Assembly: GCA_044892505.1 (NCBI GenBank)
Contig: CM097883.1
Coordinates: forward strand, 391,406,001 to 391,470,000
Length of the DNA stretch: 64,000 bases
From: Schmidtea nova
Taxonomy: Eukaryota
Direction of reading: 5' to 3'
In this document: positions 59,483 to 64,000 of the stretch, piece after piece
How the letters are laid out: each line of letters opens with the position of its first letter
How positions within the stretch are numbered: position 1 is the first letter of the stretch
Position numbers and translations under genes: made by a program
Notes under the pieces: model-generated
What the model was told of the DNA's origin: nothing
Database searches by the model: none
The model's input: the letters and a program-made list of their open reading frames with translations, nothing else

Positions 59483-60587
59483 GAGAAGAAGAACGCGCGT
59501 TCCACGCGCGTTCAATGCGTACTGTTATTTGTCTTAAACAACAAGAGGAGAAGAACGCGCGTTCCACGCGCGTTCAATGCGTACTGTGATCCTTATTAAA
59601 CACTAAGATACGTGTGCAAAATTTATTATTACAAGTTTTATTAGTCTTTGTTTCGTTGCACATGGATTGCAATGTCTTTGTTGTAATTCAGGTAGGAAAT
59701 AGAAAAAATTATAACACACACACACACACACCATAATTACCTTTCGAATGATATGTATATTATAAGGTTTGAATAAGGATTTGTAACACACACTCGTCTG
59801 GCAAATTGTAACACACACACTCATCTCACAATTACCTTTTGTTTGATATACATATTATATAGTTTTAAAAATTTGAACCTTGGACCCTTTAAGGGTATGA
59901 CCATTGTGTGCACCCTTCAATTACCTTTTGTTTGATACATATATTATATAGTTTTTAAAATTTTGAGTCTTGGACCCTTCAAGGGTCGACCACCCACCTT
60001 CGAGGGTTGACCATCATACTCAAATCTCAATTACCTTTTGTTTGATATATAACTTGTAATGTTTAAAAATATTTGAAGGATTTTGACCCCTTGAAGGTTG
60101 AGCACACACCATACACCTTCGAAGGTATGACCATTGTGTGCACATCGGTATTACCTTTCGAATGATGTATTACACACAAGGTTTGAAAAATCTGAAGGTT
60201 TTTGACCCTTTGAAGGTTAAGGACACACCATAGACCCTCGAGGGTATGACCATTGTGTGCACCTCTCAAAGACCTTTCGAATGATACCCTTGTTTGAAGG
60301 TTTGACCTTATTTGACCTTTGGAAATTCAAATTCAAAATTTGAATTTGAAATGAGTCATCGATGACGTCATAAAATTCAAATTTGAAATGAGTCATCGAT
60401 GACGTCATCGATGAGCCATGCCGATGAGTCATCGATGAGTCATGCCGATGAGTCATCGATGAGTCATCGCGATGAGTCATCGATGACGTCATCGATGAGT
60501 CATAAAAAAAAATTTCCTAACCCCCCCGGGGGGGTGACGTCATTTCCTTTGTTCTGCGATGACTCATGCTCCACATAACTGCCTACT
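59483..60587 (-). repeat. Right TIR (sequenced part; continues into gap 59235-59482)
   Basis: Contains the 62-bp units, degenerate repeats of about 90-120 bp, the AP-1/CRE array and the terminus. Confidence 0.95.
60352..60566. promoter_or_regulatory. Array of 9 AP-1 (TGAG/CTCA) and 4 CRE (TGACGTCA) consensus sites with a C7G7 palindrome
   Basis: TGAGTCA at 60352, 60389, 60425, 60436, 60449, 60460, 60473 and 60496; TGACTCA at 60560; TGACGTCA at 60363, 60400, 60484 and 60535; CCCCCCCGGGGGGG at 60521-60534. Confidence 0.75.
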
Positions 60588-61836
60588 ATATGTGGATATT
60601 TTGTGATACAAAAATAAGAATCGAGATTATCCAAGAAAACTTTGATATCATTGAGAGACCTAAAGATTGTCTTTCCATCAGATCCAATGCGTATCGTTCT
60701 TTGAGAAAAATAGAGCATTGTCACATTGGACAAGTTTCCTACCAATAAATCCGCAACCTGTCTCGTTTGACTGATATTGAATACGAACATATCATACACA
60801 AGAATAAGTCGATTTGCTTGCTATATTTAATTTGTTTAACTATTCAGAATGATTGGCTTTATCAGTTATATTACCAGATAAATATTCAAAAGAATCGAAT
60901 TTAAATTTTTAAAATTTTTTTGAAACCAAATTCTTTTAAAATCTACACCAATTTGAACTTTACTCGAATTTGAAAAAAACAAATAATTCAAAAAAACAAA
61001 TCTCCTAATTCCTCGCAATTCCAATTTATTTTTCTTCCACTTTGTCTATCACATAATAAATCTCTTAAACTATTTTATTCCAATTTTACAAATTTCAATT
61101 AATTCTCAAAAATTAAAAAATTCGATACGATCAGTGCTTTTTTTGTAGAAAAAAAGTGTTGGAACTCATCGTTATTTGTCTTTATATGTCAAAATATGAA
61201 ATTAGCTACCAAATTATAAAATAAATTTTATAGGACCCAAACTATAAAACTATAAACTCACTTTTTTTTCGTGTTTTCCAATTTTCGCTAGACAAATCAT
61301 CTCGACTCGTTTCCTTGCTACTAGTGTCTACATCTGAACATCTTCCCCGAAGTAATCACAAATCAACATACCTTAAAGGATCGAAGAGTGTGAGTGGTGG
61401 TCCCGCTAATCTGATAAATAACAGCGATGAAACTGTTTTGGTTATCAATGAAGCTCTTGCTGGAGTGATGATCAGATTCATCCGTAAAAATCCCACTATT
61501 AGACACATAGTGCAGCCAGGCTTCCTTTTTCGAAAGCAGAGCCATTTGTTTTGGCACAAAAAGTTAAAAATGTAAAGTGTGTAAAATGTAAAACCACATG
61601 AGATTCTTTTTAATAATCACAGGTTTTTGAGAATGAAAGGTCTTATTTAACCGTGACAGATTCGTATTGTTTGAAATAAGATAAANNNNNNNNNNNNNNN
61701 NNNNNNNNNNNNNNNNNNNNNNNNNNNNNNNNNNNNNNNNNNNNNNNNNNNNNNNNNNNNNNNNNNNNNNNNNNNNNNNNNNNNNNNNNNNNNNNNNNNN
61801 NNNNNNNNNNNNNNNNNNNNNNNNNNNNNNNNNNNN

Positions 61837-61934
61837 TTTGATCTTTTTTTATTATTATTATCAATAATTCTCATAATGACTATAGATCAAAAAATTTTTT
61901 TTTTATAAACAATAACACAATATTTCGGCACAGC
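61837..61934. mobile_element. Foldback MITE arm between two gaps
   Basis: Reverse complement of about 36120-36214. Confidence 0.85.
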
Positions 61935-63529
61935 NNNNNNNNNNNNNNNNNNNNNNNNNNNNNNNNNNNNNNNNNNNNNNNNNNNNNNNNNNNNNNNNNN
62001 NNNNNNNNNNNNNNNNNNNNNNNNNNNNNNNNNNNNNNNNNNNNNNNNNNNNNNNNNNNNNNNNNNNNNNNNNNNNNNNNNNNNNNNNNNNNNNNNNNNN
62101 NNNNNNNNNNNNNNNNNNNNNNNNNNNNNNNNNNNNNNNNNNNNNNNNNNNNNNNNNNNNNNNNNNNNNNNNNNNNNNNNNNNNNNNNNNNNNNNNNNNN
62201 NNNNNNNNNNNNNNNNNNNNNNNNNNNNNNNNNTTGTTGATTTAATTATTTTTTATCCTCAGTTCTACTTTGAAATATCAACTCTTTAGCCATAAAAATG
62301 ACTTCCAAGAAAATATTATTCAAAGAAAATCAACAATATAATAAAAATGTGGAAACAGTTATTCACATATTATGATCAGCAATAATTTAATATATTTAAT
62401 TAGTAAAAAATCCCAGCAAAACAAAAACAGTTTTTAATATTTACAGACATTTTGATGAGCAGCAAAACGCATATTAAAATTTAACAGGTAAAATGAATAA
62501 ACTAAAACTAGTGAACATATTCATAAAGAAATATCAGGTCAACAAAATGTTTACAAATTATCAATATAAGCCTCGACCAAGGAGAATATGTAGACCATAC
62601 CGCCCTTCCGCTTATGTGAGAGGGTCAAAGGTTATATCTATTTATACACGTGATATTTGACTATCCTTGTACGATTTGATGTATGGATAAGAACAATTAT
62701 TATTAGATAATGCTGACAAGGATTAATTGGAATTTTCGACACATATTAAATAATTTAAAAATTATTAAAATTGCTGTTAATGCACCATTTAATTCATTAA
62801 AGACCCTGATTATTTGAATACCATTTCCATGGTTTCCATGTGATTCTCACTGTTTCATATTGTAATGAGCTTTACAATTTGCATGTGATATCTTTTGTGG
62901 TTTGATAGGAAATAGTCTTAAATAATTGTGTGATCATTTGCTCATGAGGTATTTAATTTCAGTTTATTGGGTTGTCTGGAGATTCTGACTGTATGCAACG
63001 ACTAAATATACTTGGTTTCATAGTTTAAAAGTAACTATGATACAAGTAGGTGTGTACATCTACTGGTTACTCGTAGTTACTTTGTTGAATTATTTATTTA
63101 TTCATTTAGCCATTTTTTTAAAAAGTTTATTTATTAAGATATCTTTCAATACTTCTATTTTGATCATACTATCATATAAGATCACTATAGAAGCTTTGAA
63201 AGTTTATCTGTATTCTTCAATATTATTTTGATTTTATATTTATTAGCTTTTAAGAAAAATATGATTTTTTATAAAGATTTTTGGAAGTTTTTTACATTAA
63301 ACGTAAGTAAAAATATTTGTTAACAATAGTTTATTAATAAAATTAATCAGCCTCCGAATATTTCCATTATATTTGTTCTGCACTTATTTTTATTTAATTT
63401 TTAAATATTTTCTAACAAATTATGAATTTTTTTACATTTTCTGGGAATTATTTTCATTTAAAGTAAGTTAAAAAAATCATTTTTAACCAAGAATTATTAT
63501 TATTATTAAATAAAGATTTTCTATTTTTG

Positions 63530-64000
63530 AAATATTTTTTTTTGGATATTCCAAGAAATAATTTAATTAAGCTTAATTTTCTATTTCAAGAATTGCCAAA
63601 TTTTATTGTCCTGTATTATCTGAGACTTCAAAATGATCTAAATTTCAGTGTAAATATGTTTAAAATAATTAGACTGAATTATTTTTTGGCTACTGAAAAC
63701 GGAAAAATTTTCCAAAATAATTTTTGGAAATTTATGAAATTTTTTATTAAAATAAAACTTACGATGGTATTTATCCATTTTCTTGACAACTCGCAAAAAC
63801 CAAACTATATTTTAAAAATAAATAAATTTATTATAAGCCTTTTAACCGCGTAACAAGATGTACCCTTAAAAGTTTACAAGCAATTTTCATTATGTGTTGT
63901 GTTTGTGTGTATAATTTATTTTTATTCTTACTCATTGTCTATTACATAATAAATTTTTTAAACTACTAAATATCAAAATTTAACACCAACGTAAGTTTTC
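63530..64000 (+). repeat. Dispersed repeat or segmental duplicate, also at about 22640-23230, 42960-43220 and 61030-61080
   Basis: Shared blocks such as CAAATTTTATTGTCCTG(C/T)ATTATCTGA, CAAAAACCA(T/A)A...TTTTAAAAATAAATAA and TTTGTCTATCACATAATAAATCTCTTAAAC. Confidence 0.65.

Larger units (their letters stand above)
44002..60587. mobile_element. Complete Polinton/Maverick (adintovirus-like endogenous dsDNA virus), 16.6 kb as assembled
   Basis: Termini 5'-AGTAGGCAG...CTGCCTACT-3'. Perfect 6-bp TSD ATATGT (43996-44001, 60588-60593). Long TIRs. Full core set of pPolB, INT, ATPase, PRO, MCP and penton with open frames. Confidence 0.98.

Noticed and set aside
60217-60492. Repetitive MTHRxxSS protein
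   Set aside because: Antisense reading of the AP-1/CRE array; absent from the left TIR.
60352-60503. Short repeated palindromes as a CRISPR array
   Set aside because: No unique spacers, irregular 11-13 bp periodicity, eukaryotic context and no cas genes. They are bZIP-site repeats within a TIR.
1-64000. tRNA or rRNA genes
   Set aside because: None recognised by eye; a covariance-model scan was not possible.

Overview
AT-rich animal genomic DNA with very short introns and several N gaps. The host looks flatworm/planarian-like, but that is inference only. The backbone is two tandem, diverged paralogues of an SLC15/POT-family peptide transporter (+ strand, recognisable exons 8525-21893 and 32119-43902), whose introns are packed with hAT, piggyBac-like, Tc1/mariner-like and foldback MITEs and Ty3/Gypsy relics. 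The main feature is a complete, apparently very young Polinton/Maverick at 44002-60587: 5'-AG...CT-3' ends, a perfect 6-bp TSD (ATATGT), TIRs over 1 kb, and intact pPolB, protease, major and minor capsid, integrase and packaging ATPase genes. Unusually, it also encodes a TATA-binding-protein (TBP)-like gene, two small proteins with an N-terminal histone-H3-like ARKS motif and a DEDD/Maelstrom-like nuclease. At least four of its genes need 38-51 nt GT-AG introns, and its right TIR holds a dense AP-1/CRE site array. Two decayed Polinton relics (about 17.6-20.4 kb and 37.6-40.3 kb) also retain the TBP-like gene, so it is a heritable trait of this Polinton lineage. All assignments come from reading motifs by eye; no searches were run.
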